Assembly: GCA_973895155.1 (NCBI GenBank) | Contig: OZ316891.1 | Coordinates: forward strand, 7,557,808 to 7,621,807 | Source: Marsupella aquatica | Lineage: Eukaryota; Plantae; Marchantiophyta | Direction of reading: 5' to 3' | DNA length: 64,000 bases | Part shown: in pieces, positions 25,344-38,200 of the stretch | Layout: every line of letters starts with the position of its first letter | Position numbering within the stretch: the first letter of the stretch is position 1 | Notes under the pieces: generated by a model | The model's database searches: none | What the model saw: only the letters and a program-made list of their open reading frames with translations | Told to the model about the DNA's origin: nothing | Made by a program: the position numbers and the translations under genes

Positions 25344-25867
25344 CATACGTGCATGATCTTGTCATCGGATGATCGTGGGATTTTGTTTCTGGTGATCCTA
25401 TTCATCGATTACACAACAATTGCGGCAGAACCGGGGGCAGAACTTACCACGGACTGCTGCCAGCCCGGTGTACTTAATAACTGACAGTCCAAACACGAAA
25501 ATCGACGACAAATGAACCCCTGCCATGGAGATCCTGGAGTCCCTCTACGACTCAATATGACCCTCTCGCAACAAAAGCAGTGGGAATGAGCCGGACCTCC
25601 GTAGCAAACATGATTATGCTCAGACAATTAACAACAACGTAATTATAGCACTCAGATAGCAGTCCGCAGCATATCACATCTCTCGTTGAAGATGATTTCC
25701 TGCCATGTCGACGTCATTGCAATCGGAAGACACGGAGCTGAACGGACATTTCGCTGCCTGAATGGGCATCGCTGGTCGGGGAATAAATAAATAATTACTA
25801 AAATTTGGTACCCTACTAACATTATAGGGTACTTTAGTGGCACGCAAAAAACTCAATACAGCATTTA

Positions 25868-26130
25868 AGTACTTTGCCATGTTTTTTTTTCTTATTTATG
25901 AAAATGTCATGGTTTCATATATGGAAGTTACCCAGGTAACAGGGGAGCCAAATTGTGGCATTTTTGTAACTACAACAAAAACCAAAATCAATAGCTTTTA
26001 AATACTTTGCAACTACACTGTTTTTTTCTTATTTATGAAATGCCATGGTTTCATACATGGATGACAAGTTCCCAAGGTAACCTGGGGAGCCATATACATA
26101 AATTGTGGCATTTTTGTAAGTACAACAAAA
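25868..26130. repeat. Tandem duplication of about 130 bp
   Basis: 'tgttttttt..cttatttatgaaa.tg.catggtttcata...aaattgtggcatttttgtaa.tacaacaaaaac' x2. Confidence 0.85.
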
Positions 26131-27860
26131 ACAGTGACAGTATTGTAAATGTTTTTCAAACATCTTTAGTGGCAATGTACTTAAAAATTGAAAATCAATC
26201 ATCTCTAAAATGTTGGAATCTATGATAGACATAGACATTGTCCTTGCCCATCCCTATGGACTCAGGAAATAGAATACACCAAAAAGAATAAAGAACCAGT
26301 ATCGATTGTAGTTGACAAAAAATCAATAATCTCTAAAATTTTGGAATCTGAAGGGAGAGACATTGTCCCTTGAGTCATAGGGATGGGCAGGGACAATGTC
26401 TCTGCTGCTTGTACACCAAAAAGAAAAAAGAATTTGTCACCAAGTTATGACTTTGACTACCTTGTGGAAAAAAATAGAAGTTATGGTTTTTGAAAATGAC
26501 CTCAAATAAAGGTAATGGCTCAACAACCGGAGAAGAATGGAGCTCCTGGAGCTCCTTTGTCTTGAAGCTCCTGTCTCAAGCCCAATTGAAAGCAAGCAAA
26601 CAAAATGGATCAATGAGATCAAAGGTGTGATTGAAAATATTTGTGCCACTCCATGATTCATATCACAGACTTGATCCCACTACTTAAGAAAATTGTCAAA
26701 TCGTCACAAACTTCACGAGTGCGTAGCACATTTTCAAAATGTGTGTGCATCTTGACACTTACTCTAAATGGTCATCAAAGTAGTCTACCTTAGTAGCATA
26801 AACCTTAGTTACCTTAGAATTTGGCAGATGGGGTTGATTTATTTGGATAACTTTTGGATAGTTGTTTAAGCCAAAAAAATTCCAGCATGGTCTCTGATGT
26901 AATCTATTGACTCACAAGTTAGATACTGTTTTGAAATCATTTGCTTCAATTTCAATGAACACAATGATAGTCAAATATACTAATTATGGTATTTCATTTC
27001 ACACTTGGAAATTTTCATGTGGGTGAACTGAAAACGGGTGACTTTCAGTAATGGCATGATCTCTTGACGTTTTCCAGATTCAACGTCGTCAAGTTGTCAA
27101 GTTACCAAGGAGACTGTTTACAAGTCGCATTTCAGTCAAAAGTGTAAATAATGTTATCTGAGTCAACTTAAATGTTCTGATCAAGTCCATCCAGGCTTTG
27201 CCAATCCATCTGGGCTTCATTGACAATGTGGAGGTCTATCCGGGCTTTAGGGCCAACTCGCATGTGATCATGCGGTCCTTTCGATGCTTTCGAGCAAATG
27301 TTGCACTTCTATGATCAAACAATCTGACACATATCTTGGTCTTGATTGATCAGACTACTTGATCAAACAACGAGAGAGTTGGTAACAAGCATATAGTTTT
27401 TTTTGTTTTTTCCACAAGGCAAAGGTCGGGACCTGCAAGCTGGCCTGTAAGGGCTGGAAACTTTCTGGTCCTTGCCCTTGGGACCCCACAAAATATGTAG
27501 TCAGGCCTTGCACATGAGAGGGTACTGCCAGAAAGGTCTAGTTCATTCACGTCTTCGCACAACTCAATTTAAGGGCTATGTTTTGAACTACATTTCACAT
27601 GCAAGTTGGCCCTTAGGATGTAGATGTTAATAATATTATTAGCATCTGAAGCCCAAATGGACCACCATGGTCTAATACCATGTAATTTGGTAATGCTCAC
27701 ACAACTCAAACCTAGGAGATTCAAAGAAATAAATATATAAGCCTCATGGCGATATGTACCATTGACAGGCAGTTGGAACTCGATGGTGCATAGCTCGCAA
27801 TTTGAGTAACTAGCCCTGACTACCCATTCCTGAAAGTGAATAATGAGGAGGACAGTAAAA

Positions 27861-28165
27861 ATATCACCAAAATATGTTCTTTATTCACATTCTTTAAGAT
27901 TAATGAAATGATAAAAAACCATCATACATGTAATCATTTTATTAATTATATATAACATGTCATACTCTTTCTATGGACATATGTTATGGTGGCCATAAAG
28001 ATCATTTTTTAATATGAATAAAACATATGAAAAAAATGTATATATTTATTTATATTTATATATTTATCATTCTGACATGTATCATGAGTTTTTCTATCAC
28101 ATGATGAGCCATTGAGTTCAGATCTAGTGACTTCACTCTAGAACCTTAGGTCTCAACTCTAGCTT
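27861..28165 (+). repeat. Dispersed AT-rich repeat of about 300 bp, copy 1 (unclassified TE/MITE-like)
   Basis: Collinear similarity to 44637-44908 ('atatcaccaaaatat...ttaatgaaatgataaaaaaccatcat...cttcactctagaa...caactctagctt'). Confidence 0.8.
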
Positions 28166-28365
28166 AGTTGGCACTATATAAAAAAAAAATCCTACAATTC
28201 ACCCCTAGAAGATTGAGAGAAATAAATAAATAAATAAGCATGAGAGCTATGCATACCGTCGACCGGCAGTCGGAACTCGACGGTGCATAGTTGACAGCAT
28301 GGCACAAACGAAGGAAAGCATTGGGGAAGAATTTGGTCTCCGTCTGCTCTCTCATATCCTCCCTC

Positions 28366-28600
28366 TGCAATATACTGTGCTCGACATTCAATCGTCCTGC
28401 CCTAATTTTTCGCCTGCTTCAGAGCACTCATCAGTGTATTGTTCTCGCAATTTCTCCATCTTTCCGCAGATTCTTGGTTTGCAATACTGTGCTCGACATT
28501 CAATCGCCCTGCCCTATTTTGCCCTGCCCTATTTTTCGCCATCTTCAGAGCACTCATCAGCGTACTATACTCACAATTTCTCCATCGTTCCCAGATTCTT
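28366..28600 (+). repeat. Tandem duplication of about 115 bp in the probable HisRS 5'UTR
   Basis: 'tgcaat..actgtgctcgacattcaatcg...cttcagagcactcatcag.gta...caatttctccatc...cagattcttggttt' x2. Confidence 0.9.
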
Positions 28601-28797
28601 GGTTTCTGAGGGTTTATGATGCTCACCAAGCTTACCGTTCCGATGTGAAGGAACGAAATCATGTCTTCCATCTCCTCGCGAGTCGGCTGCTACAGACTAA
28701 ACCGGCTCGTTGCCGCCGAAAGCTGCTACCGGCTCTGATTACTTTCGCTGCATTTCAATTGGGGCACATTGCGAGTCGTCGGGAATAGCTTTCCAGT

Positions 28798-31700
28798 ATG
28801 GGTCAATCGTCGAAAATTGTTGTCGGCAGCGACGACGCAGTGCTCATCGCGGAAGAGGTGTTCAGCGTGGCGTATCTCCGCTGTGTTGTGGAGTTAGATG
28901 CATCGAGCTTGGAAAAGCGGAAGAAACTGAGCTCTGTTGCGATTATTCGTGCTGATAAGAGTCTTGTGAGTTTGGAGAGTGTGCAACTTCTGCCAGATGT
29001 CGAAGTGCGGGCTGTATTGGTCGTTCTTTTGCACAAGTTGTTACGAGGACCGCCGGGCATCAGGACATTCCTTCCAGTTTTGGTGACGGAAATACTCAAT
29101 CTAGGTTTATCTCTAGACATTCCTGTAACAAATGACGACGCGGCGATGATGAGGGCCTTCTTTGAAAATGTTTACAACATCAAAAGGCGACTTGAGTCGG
29201 GGGAGGACGGAGCCACCGAAACCTCTACACCCGGCACAGGCAGTTTAGAGCGCACCAATGCTTTCAGAAAATTGAGGAGCGCTCTGGAGAATTATAAAGC
29301 AGACCAGATTGGTATCACTCAAGACGAACAGGCTGCTCTCGAGAGTTCGTTTGCAGGTTCCATTGGAATTGCCGCTTTGTCATTCTACTCCCTTAATACG
29401 CTCGTTGGATTGACCGACGCAGTCACGGCACTGTCTTGTGAGGCGCTCCAAGCAAACACGGAAGCTTTTAAGCCAGAGGCTTTCAAGCAGGCTTTCTCTC
29501 GAAAGTCGGAAGCAGATGTTGCTCGTGATTTAAATTCTCTTCTGTTCGGGTCTAAGCTTGCCAAAGAGAATAACAAAGGATTGGACGAAGACTACATCCG
29601 TAATGTTCCCGCCTCACACGGAGCTCTCAGGGACGCTGTGAACATTCTGGCATCTCGGCTTCGAGTTGATATGAATCGAGTGGAGATCAAAAACTCATTT
29701 TCCACCTCGCTCTTCACAAGCACCATGTTGTCGTTACTAGTTAGTCTTTGGCCGGTCATCTCTGATAGCTTTGAACGGACTTCTAAGTCCGTTCAACTTG
29801 TTCGTACCCTCGGTTCTGAATCCGGTGTTCAAAGATGGAAGTGGGACGAAGGCAGTGCTGATGAAATTACTTCACTCAAGCGTGCTCTGCAAGCGGCAGC
29901 CTCCGCGGCTGCTGTATCTGGAGACCAAAATGCAGTGCTTCTATCTAGGGAAACTTTATCCACGATAGATACGTGGAGGAGAGTGTTAGTGAAGGAAAGT
30001 ACAGCATCTCTGGAATTGCTTTCAATAAGAGAAAGCCTCTCTGGTGGACGAGCACAAGGGAAGGACGTCGAGCAAGGTAGAGTCTCAGAGAAGGATGCTC
30101 GTAGCAAACCTGGAGTAAATGGCGATGCCACGAGTATAGCAGCTGGGAAAGCCGCCAAGAAAAAAAACAGTTTTGTGCTTGGGAAGGGAACCGACATTGT
30201 ACGATCTTCTCTAGTTGGCTGCCTAGATTCCTGCTCGATTGGAAACTCTGCCAGCTCTGAATCATTAAATGTAGATGTTGTGCTCGATACGGTCCTTCAC
30301 CCTCACACTCCACAAGTCCAAGCCCTAATTACGAACTTGAAGAGTGTACTGGAGAGTGTGGACATCCGGAGATTACCAAAGATTGGGAAGGTAATATCAG
30401 CCAAGCCTTGTCGACAGGAAATTGTCCGAATGGATTTTGCTTTAGGAGTTTTTAACTTTCTATTCACCTTCCAATCAAAAGGCAAGCAATTTTCTAGGTT
30501 GGGTCGCAACTGAGTTTGGAAGTGACTTTCCCAGGGTACAAGGGATTTCAAGCCCGAGCAGATGGTCATAAGAGAGAAAGCATTCGGAATCATTAGTGCG
30601 ACCTTCAAGCGCCATGGTGCAGTTTCTATTGACACGCCAGTTTTTGAATTGAAGGAAACTTTGATGGGAAAGTACGGGGAAGACTCCAAGCTAATCTATG
30701 ATCTTGCTGATCAGGTAATTGTTGTCTCTAGAGTCTTTATCGTTGATCATTTTTGTCACTGCTTTGAAAAGATTGCATTTGGCTGCTAGAACTGGAGAAC
30801 CAAGAACTCACAAGGGTTGTGAAGTTTATTGAGATGAAGTTCTTTCCCGGTCATGAGCGATCCAACCTCAAGTTTTGTATGGTGGCATTTATCCCTTCTG
30901 CTCTCCTTTCTGTAGGGTGGGGAGATTCTGTCTTTACGATATGATTTGACTGTGCCATTTGCACGTTATCTAGCCATGAACAAAGTGGAAAACCTTAAAA
31001 GGTACCACATTGCACGAGTTTACAGGCGTGATAATCCAGCAAAGGGGCGCTTCAGGGAATTCTATCAATGTGATTTTGATATTGCTGGACGCAACCAAAA
31101 TCCCATGGTTCCCGACTTTGAGGTTTTGAAAGTTTTGACTGAGCTGCTCGACGAATTAGATATTGGCGATTATGAGGTATGTGTGTCAAGCACATCTTGT
31201 ATTCCTTTTGACGTAGTACAAGTATTCTAGCCCGAGCACTACTCAGCCAGCCAATAGCATCGCCCTGTGGGTGGCTAGTGGCATGGGCGGGGGTGATCTT
31301 TACTTATTTTACATCCCATCCAATTCGATGGCTTGTTTGTGCAAAGTCCTCTCGTGGTGCATCTTTGCTTATTTTATATCCCATCCAAATCGATGGCTTG
31401 TTTGTGCAAAGTCCTGTCGTGGTGCAACTTCTCTCTCATGTTGGTTCTCTATGAAGGCGTAATCACCTGTGCACGGTTTTCCAGGTTAAGCTGAATCACC
31501 GCAAACTTCTGGACGGAATGCTGCACATCTGTGGGGTTCCCCAGGCTAAGTTCAGAAGCATATGCTCTGCTATAGACAAGCTGGACAAGCTTCCCTGGGA
31601 TCAGGTGCAAAAAGAAATGGTATGACCCTCCAGACTTTTAGGTAGTTCATGTTGTTCTTCGATTGAATGTTGGAAGTTTTTCGATTTGTTAATAAAGTAA

Positions 31701-32618
31701 GGTTGGACAAGTTGGTCTGATCTTTGTGAACTATTGCCAGGTAGAGGAGAAAGGTCTCGCTCAGGAAGTAGCTGCTAAAATTGGAGGTTTGGTTCAAAAA
31801 AGAGGGAATCCACGGGTTCTTCTTGAAGAGCTTACGCAGATGGATAGCCCTTTTTCAAAAGATCCTTCCTCCGTTGCCGCTCTGGAAGAACTAGGTGTCC
31901 TCTTCAAGTATCTGACAGCATCTAAATGCATCGACCGAATTGTGTTCGATTTAAGCCTGGCCAGAGGCCTGGACTATTACACGGGAGTCATTTTTGAAGC
32001 AACATTCAAGGGTTCTACTCAGGTCCTTCTTATTTACTTAAACCCAAGATTTCTACTTCAGCTCTGTTAGAAAATGTGACCCAGTTCTTGTAGAACCGGT
32101 CATTGAGCTTTTCTTCATTCTCAATAGGAGTGCGTATCTAATGCCTTCAGTTTTGGCAGGTGGGATCCATTGCAGCAGGCGGTCGCTATGATGATTTGGT
32201 GGGGATGTTCAGTGGCAAGCAAGTTCCTGCTGTAGGAGTGAGCCTGGGCATTGAGCGTGTATTTGCAATCATGGAGCAGCAACAAGCGGATCGGAAGACG
32301 GTGTTGCGGTCTAATGAGACACAGGTATTGGTAGTAGTCCTGGGCAAGGATGAGAGATGGACCGAAATAGCAATTCAAATTGTTACCGAGCTTTGGGAGG
32401 GGAGAGTGAAAGCCGAGTTCGCTTGTGTAGCAGCTGGCAAGCTGATTCAGCAAATCACGAAGGCAGCCACGTCAGGCATTCCATGGCTTGTTATTGTAGG
32501 TGAGGATGAGGTGAAAGAAGGGGTAGTGCGATTGAGGGACATATCTGCCAGTAAGCAAGAAGATGTCAAAAGGGCAAATCTAGTGAAAGAACTGCAAACA
32601 CGCTTGGGAATTCTGTGA
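28798..32618 (+). CDS. HisRS: Cytosolic histidyl-tRNA synthetase with an N-terminal aromatic-amino-acid-lyase-like domain. Exons 28798-30390, 30535-30714, 30916-31176, 31485-31619, 31741-32022, 32160-32618.
   Basis: Class II HisRS motifs PKIGK|[48 protein letters not shown] and GGRYDDL, plus a C-terminal anticodon-binding domain (IVGEDE). All five introns are GT-AG and phase 0. Confidence 0.96.
31301..31425. repeat. Tandem duplication of about 63 bp within HisRS intron 3
   Basis: 'ttatttta.atcccatccaa.tcgatggcttgtttgtgcaaagtcct.tcgtggtgca' x2. Confidence 0.9.
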
Positions 32619-34324
32619 GATGCCCATCCGCCCAAAAAATGTATCCTTTGTTAGAGATTGAAAAGCTTGATGCATGATATTCACAGATCTTTTATTTGTC
32701 CGCATTATGAGTTTTAATGACCTGTATCTAAATTAGGGTCTACCATTTCCATCGAAATTCGACAGTAAGCTTTTACTGTAGAAATTGTCGTAAGGAAGCA
32801 GCCATGAAAAGACTAGATATTGCCTCCCACGACTTGTATCTCGAAAGACAAAGTGACTCCTATCACAAGGCTCACAAGGAGAAAACGAATGAAGCTCCTT
32901 TATGCCTTTACCGAAGTGAAAGAATTGGAAACTCACCTAGAGTAGTCCTACTGAGGGCCCTAAGTTGCCCCCTTTGGGATTTTCCTTTGGAGTTAAATAT
33001 GGAGTATGCTTAATATGGATTCATGATCCTCCTAAATCACTATTTTTCAGGTTTAGTTCGGGTCTTTAGTTCCAAAGTAAATGGCCAAGGGCCACCTTAC
33101 ATAACCTCTTGCCTATTTGTGATGCCCATCTCCCGCTTTTCGTCCCATTGACGCTCCAGACACGGGGAGTGTCTTGGGACTTAACCCAATCCAATCCAGA
33201 ATACCACCTGAAGCAGGGGTAATTTCTTTTGGGCTTGAACTAACAACAGTCACGCACGGCTTTCACAAGGCATACTCAAAATGCCAAAGTTCAAGGTTTG
33301 GAAAATTTGGCGGCTCAACACCATCAAATACCACCTGAGGAGGTGACATTTTGGTTTGGGCTTAGGTCCATGGAGTCTCTCAAAAAAACTCTAAAAAAGC
33401 AGACACAAGCGACGCTCAGGATTGGAAAATTCTGACAAAAGTGGGCCTAAACTTAACTGTCTCACTTTGCCTTTTGAATGGCCCAGATTAGATCTCGCAC
33501 AAATTTATGGGGTTGAAGTATGGGGCAGAGGTTCTGTAAAATGGCCTTAAATCTGCCCCTAAGTTCATGGTCACCCTAAGCTTCTATGGACAAGGAAATT
33601 GGGTCACTCCAACGAGAAATCTTGTCTCTGCCCCAAAGTACAAAGAGGGAGAAAATTAAAGTCGCAAAAGACCCCAGAAGACATCTAAGCATCTTTCACT
33701 TCTGGTCCTGCTCCGATGGACCACTCTTATCAATCTTGCAACCCAAATGGACCAAGATACTGTTGAAGGGAAATGAATGGGGTTTTCACAAAAGAAAAAG
33801 TGCTATCTGAGTACAAAAAGGCTTAGCTGCAGCCGTTTAGGTTGTACTAGTCCATCCGGGCATTTTGCCAAACGCTTGTCCATGGCAGCTTGGGGGTTCA
33901 GTTTTCTCTTTCACCTCGTCCACCCTAGTTGGGGCCCTCCCCTGTCCTATCTGTCCAGAACAAATCTCCAGAAAAGTTCTGTGTCCTAAACTCTAACCAT
34001 AAACCCCACCTTAAATTGTGTAACCAAACAATTACCAACATCCGAGTATGATCATTTGACTCAATGTGTGCTGTGATCCGAAATAACAATTGAAGCAGAT
34101 GTAGACTAAACCACCATGACATCTGTATTTACAATTTTGACTTCAAGTATTCACGCACTCGTCCTTAAGGAACACTTTCACAAGCTGTAGCTAAATCTCT
34201 GCATAGAAATCGGGCTTGGTAGCCCGGAAGAAACCAAATTACAAATCCAAAACACGACGGAACTGTTGAGTTCGTTCGGTCAGCATTCCTTCAAACCGTG
34301 GAAGCATGAACTGTGATGAACCAC

Positions 34325-37300
34325 CTACGAATCTTCATCACTATCATTTTGGAAGACAACTGGAATCTTCACCATCGCCTTGACCTTTTTCGTACCCGCT
34401 CCAAAATTCAGCTGTATGTTCGAAAGTAAAAAATAACAGCAATTAATATTCGTGGAGACATTCGTTTCGATTACGTCAGTAAAAAAAAGAAATAGCCAGC
34501 AACTCAGTATAACGTTCACAAAACTACATTTCCATCCCTGGAATAGAAAGTTTAACCCTTATGTTGAATGGTTTTCCCTTATATGGAGTATTTGACCCTT
34601 GTAGAAAATTTGACCCTTACACAGATCATCTCTAGCCGAAGACAATAAGTAAAACCATCAGGCTTCAAAGCAGCCCTCATAAATAATACCAGTAACACTA
34701 ACTATCAAAGCAGCTGTCTCAGAGTAGATAAATAATTGGTTTGAAAACAGATAATTCACAAAGTTGTCATATAGAGTGTCAGAACGCATATGTTGATCTG
34801 ACGCGTACCTTGGAAGTAGCAGGCTTGGAGCCAAAGCCAAATTTTAGAGCTGCCCGCTGCTCTTGGGAACCTAAAGTTATAGGAACAACTCCTGGGCCAA
34901 TTGTAGTCGCACTAGTGCGCGAATCCTGTTCCGTTTGCTGGTGCTGTTGCCTCTGAGCTTCCACTCTATTACGTATAGTTAAGGGGGAAACCATCAAAAA
35001 TTTCGCACTATAAGGCCTTAAAATAATAGTTTGCCCAGACTACCATGTCCAACTGGATCATCTACAACAGGAACTTTGGAGTTACGGTCGTTTGGACGGC
35101 ATACCAGCACTCGGTACAGAGCTATGTGCTTTAAAACCACCTTAAGATCTTCAAACTGGAGAGTGTTATTGCAGTCTAAGATGCTAAGGACTTATTGAAG
35201 GATACATTTGAGAAAACCTCGCCATTTCTTTTTCTTCTCGTGCTTGTTCCCTCTTTTGTCTTTCATCTTTACTTCGACCTGCTTGCGATTCCTTCATTTC
35301 CTTAAAACGCTGCAAGGCAATTCACCACCATTGGCGTACATCAAGAAACTGATACATAGGAGTTTTCCTCACAAGCAGTGCTCATAAGTTGCTAAGCAAT
35401 GCCCTATCGAGGATTTTCTCGGAGAAGACCAGCAAATAAATGAACGCTCCTAAGTGCAGAAGACGATGTGCTTCAAGAATTGACAATGCTCAGCACAGCA
35501 ATAGTCACGTTAATCCAGTAAAACAGTTGATGTACTAAGAAAGCACCCAACATCCCACCGCTCCTTACCCTCATCCCTCACTACAAACTGACTATAGAAT
35601 CCCATTGCTCCCTTTTTCTACCAGCTAGCCAAACTAACGCGAGGGAAGGTACAGTTCAACTGCAATTAACAATTGTGTCATTCCAAATGCTCGATGTCCG
35701 TGAATACAAATAACTAAAGGCACCATGACACAACTCTGTCATGTCAGAAGAAACTGGAATGTATTATGAACAGACTAACGGTTTCCTCTAATCTAAAGAG
35801 CCATGAATTAGAAACAACTTGAGATGCTGATCACCCAATGAATAATTAGTATGAATAATTCGCGCATCAACGTGTGACGCCAAGCTCTTATCGGCAGAGA
35901 TCTCGTTATTCAAAGGGCTGGGAAACTTCATGCGACCTGCCCGAATCTTATGGTTAGGTCATTGAGTCACTATTACGATATAAGCCCTCACCTTCCATCT
36001 AGTTTATAAACCTGTGTTGCCAGATTGTAACATTGGAGAGCAAGAAACATTCTAGCTCATGACAGCCATCTTCCTCTTCTGAACAACTATAGTAGCCAAT
36101 TTGGTCCAAGCATATCTTCAAAGGCAATGGACTGCAAAACTGCACCGAACTTTACGACACTACAGTTGTCCCCAGAGTAAAGAGCAAGGACCCATACCTT
36201 TTTATGATTATGGTCGTATGAACTGAGATGAGTCTCAAACTCCACGGCCAATTTGTACTGCTTGTTGCAGAGCTCACAGAAAAATACCTTCCGAATTTCC
36301 TTCACTTCAGTCTGAATTTTTTGCTCTCGCTCTGCCTCCACCTGAATGTTCATCATACGCACCGACCAGCCGGGAGAACTCCCAGGGTAATAAAACCCTC
36401 ACCAAAATGTGCACCAAGCGCCAGAAAGGCTCTTATCTTCATGGCACAAATCTCTTCACCAATCATACACTCATAGTCTACAGCTGCCTGCTCCTCAATC
36501 ATGAATCAGAATCAAAGAAGCAGTCGACCATTAGACCCTGCCAGCCCTGAGCTTCAAGCACATTGTAATAGAAACAATCTACAATAGTACTACAGGCAGA
36601 CCAACTGTCCTGTCCGTGGAATACACACCTCTCTTCGTTTGACTAGCTCTTCTGTTGTCTCCAGTTCCACCTCTAACTTTTTGCGGTGGATATTTTCCTC
36701 TGCTGTATAGAAGTCGTCCTCCTCTTGTTTCCCAACTCCGAGTTTAGCATCCCGAAGGCCGGGTTTGATTGGTTCAATTATCCCTGTTGAGTAACGGTCG
36801 TTTCATTCCTTACCTCCATGCATATAACAAAGCTTTGGGCTTCTAGTTTCCTAATTCCTCAGTTATGCATCACAACGTACGTCTCGATGAACTTAAGTAA
36901 AACGTTCATTGAAGCCCAGAGGGCAGCAGAATCAGTGGCCGAAACATGCAGTTACAAAATACTCATGACCTCGACTTCAACACTACTACGCTAAATGTTT
37001 TTCACATCTACGAAATATTATCCAGATTGCTTACTGACAAAGTAAAACCCATACTGAAAACTAATTCACTCATGGGCGACTCAAAATTCGATAAGTATTC
37101 CATACCTTGCTCGTCTTTACCCAAACCTTTACCCTTCCAGCCCATCTTCTGCAACAATTTAAACCCCACATTCGAGGACGAGAGCTGGGTGTCGATAGAC
37201 GCCTGCTGCAAGTCGTCCGTAACCAAGTTCTCACTTGGCCTGTGATCAATTGGGAGGTAGAAGCCGCGGCCCAAATCTTCGGCGAGAGACTCTTCATATG

Positions 37301-37905
37301 CCTGCCGTGAATGTATTTGGTACAGAAAGCCATTAGGTCAGCAATCGAGATTATCTTCCCAGATATTCAATAAAAAATTAAGTCGGGTCTCGGCCAATGT
37401 GTATGCATCGCTTTAAGTATTCTGTTGAGGCAATTCTCGGCTCGCATTAAAAGTCTTGACGAATCCACGTCCTGGTTCAAAATTAGGGCAGAACCGGGAA
37501 AACCTAGTTCATCTCAAGAGAAGGAAGATAAGGACTTTGAAGGTTGAGTTCGACCAATAGGCAGTCACATGACAATTTCGCTTGGAATGAACAGCATGAA
37601 GAGCTAAGGCCATTCTAGAAGTTCTTCGTCAGCAACAAAATGCATCCGATACAATAGTGACTAATTGGGACATCCTCCAAGCCAAAGTGTACTACACCAT
37701 TGGTAAAATGTCCAAAAGAACATCAGAAACCAGGAGACAACCCCACAATGATGAAACACCTAATAAAGGGTGGAGAGCGGAAGCCAAGGAGAACCCAAAG
37801 GAGAGCGAGGGCGGAACATCGGCATGTCACACCCACCCGTTCACGTTCCTGTCGCCGTTTCGCTTGCGCGAATTGGGTGTAATCCTGCCGCTTTCCCGAC
37901 GCCAT
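34325..37905 (-). CDS. G-patch domain plus C2H2 zinc-finger protein (GPATCH8-like, RNA processing). Exons 37905-37837, 37301-37106, 36783-36629, 36341-36198, 35309-35206, 34965-34809, 34411-34325.
   Basis: G-patch [30 protein letters not shown]...KLGVG, zinc finger FFCELCNKQYK...HLSSYDHNH, and C-terminal LKFGFG and VFQNDSDED. Splice sites and phases are consistent. Confidence 0.92.
34966..35205 (-). other. U12-type (minor spliceosome) GT-AG intron
   Basis: On the minus strand the 5' splice site is AT|GTATCCTTC and the branch site is CCTTAAC, about 13 nt upstream of TAG|. There is no polypyrimidine tract between them. Confidence 0.85.
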
Positions 37906-38049
37906 CGCGGACTCGAACGAGCTGAGATATCACAACTACAATATCAGAAACCTGATGCCCTGAACGCAGTGCTTCGCATTGAATTCTCACAATTTGCTTC
38001 CTCGAACTCTCGAACTCTCGAAGCCTCACTTCGATGTCTCTCCCACGGG

Positions 38050-38200
38050 ACAAATGAAGGAGAGGGAGAACCACAGTACGCACGCGGACTACAGTCGTGC
38101 GTAATAATGGTCTGTCGCAAGTACGCATGAAGGACAGGGGAACCACAGTACGCACGCGGATTACCGTAAATGACACGAATGAAGGAAAGGGGGAACCAGT
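38050..38200. repeat. Repeated motif in the G-patch gene promoter
   Basis: 'gaaccacagtacgcacgcgga' x2, and 'atgaagga.agg(g)..aacca' x3. Confidence 0.8.

Noticed and set aside
32940-33990. Possible LINE 3' relic between HisRS and the G-patch gene
   Set aside because: The composition is suggestive, but I could not read a diagnostic motif.
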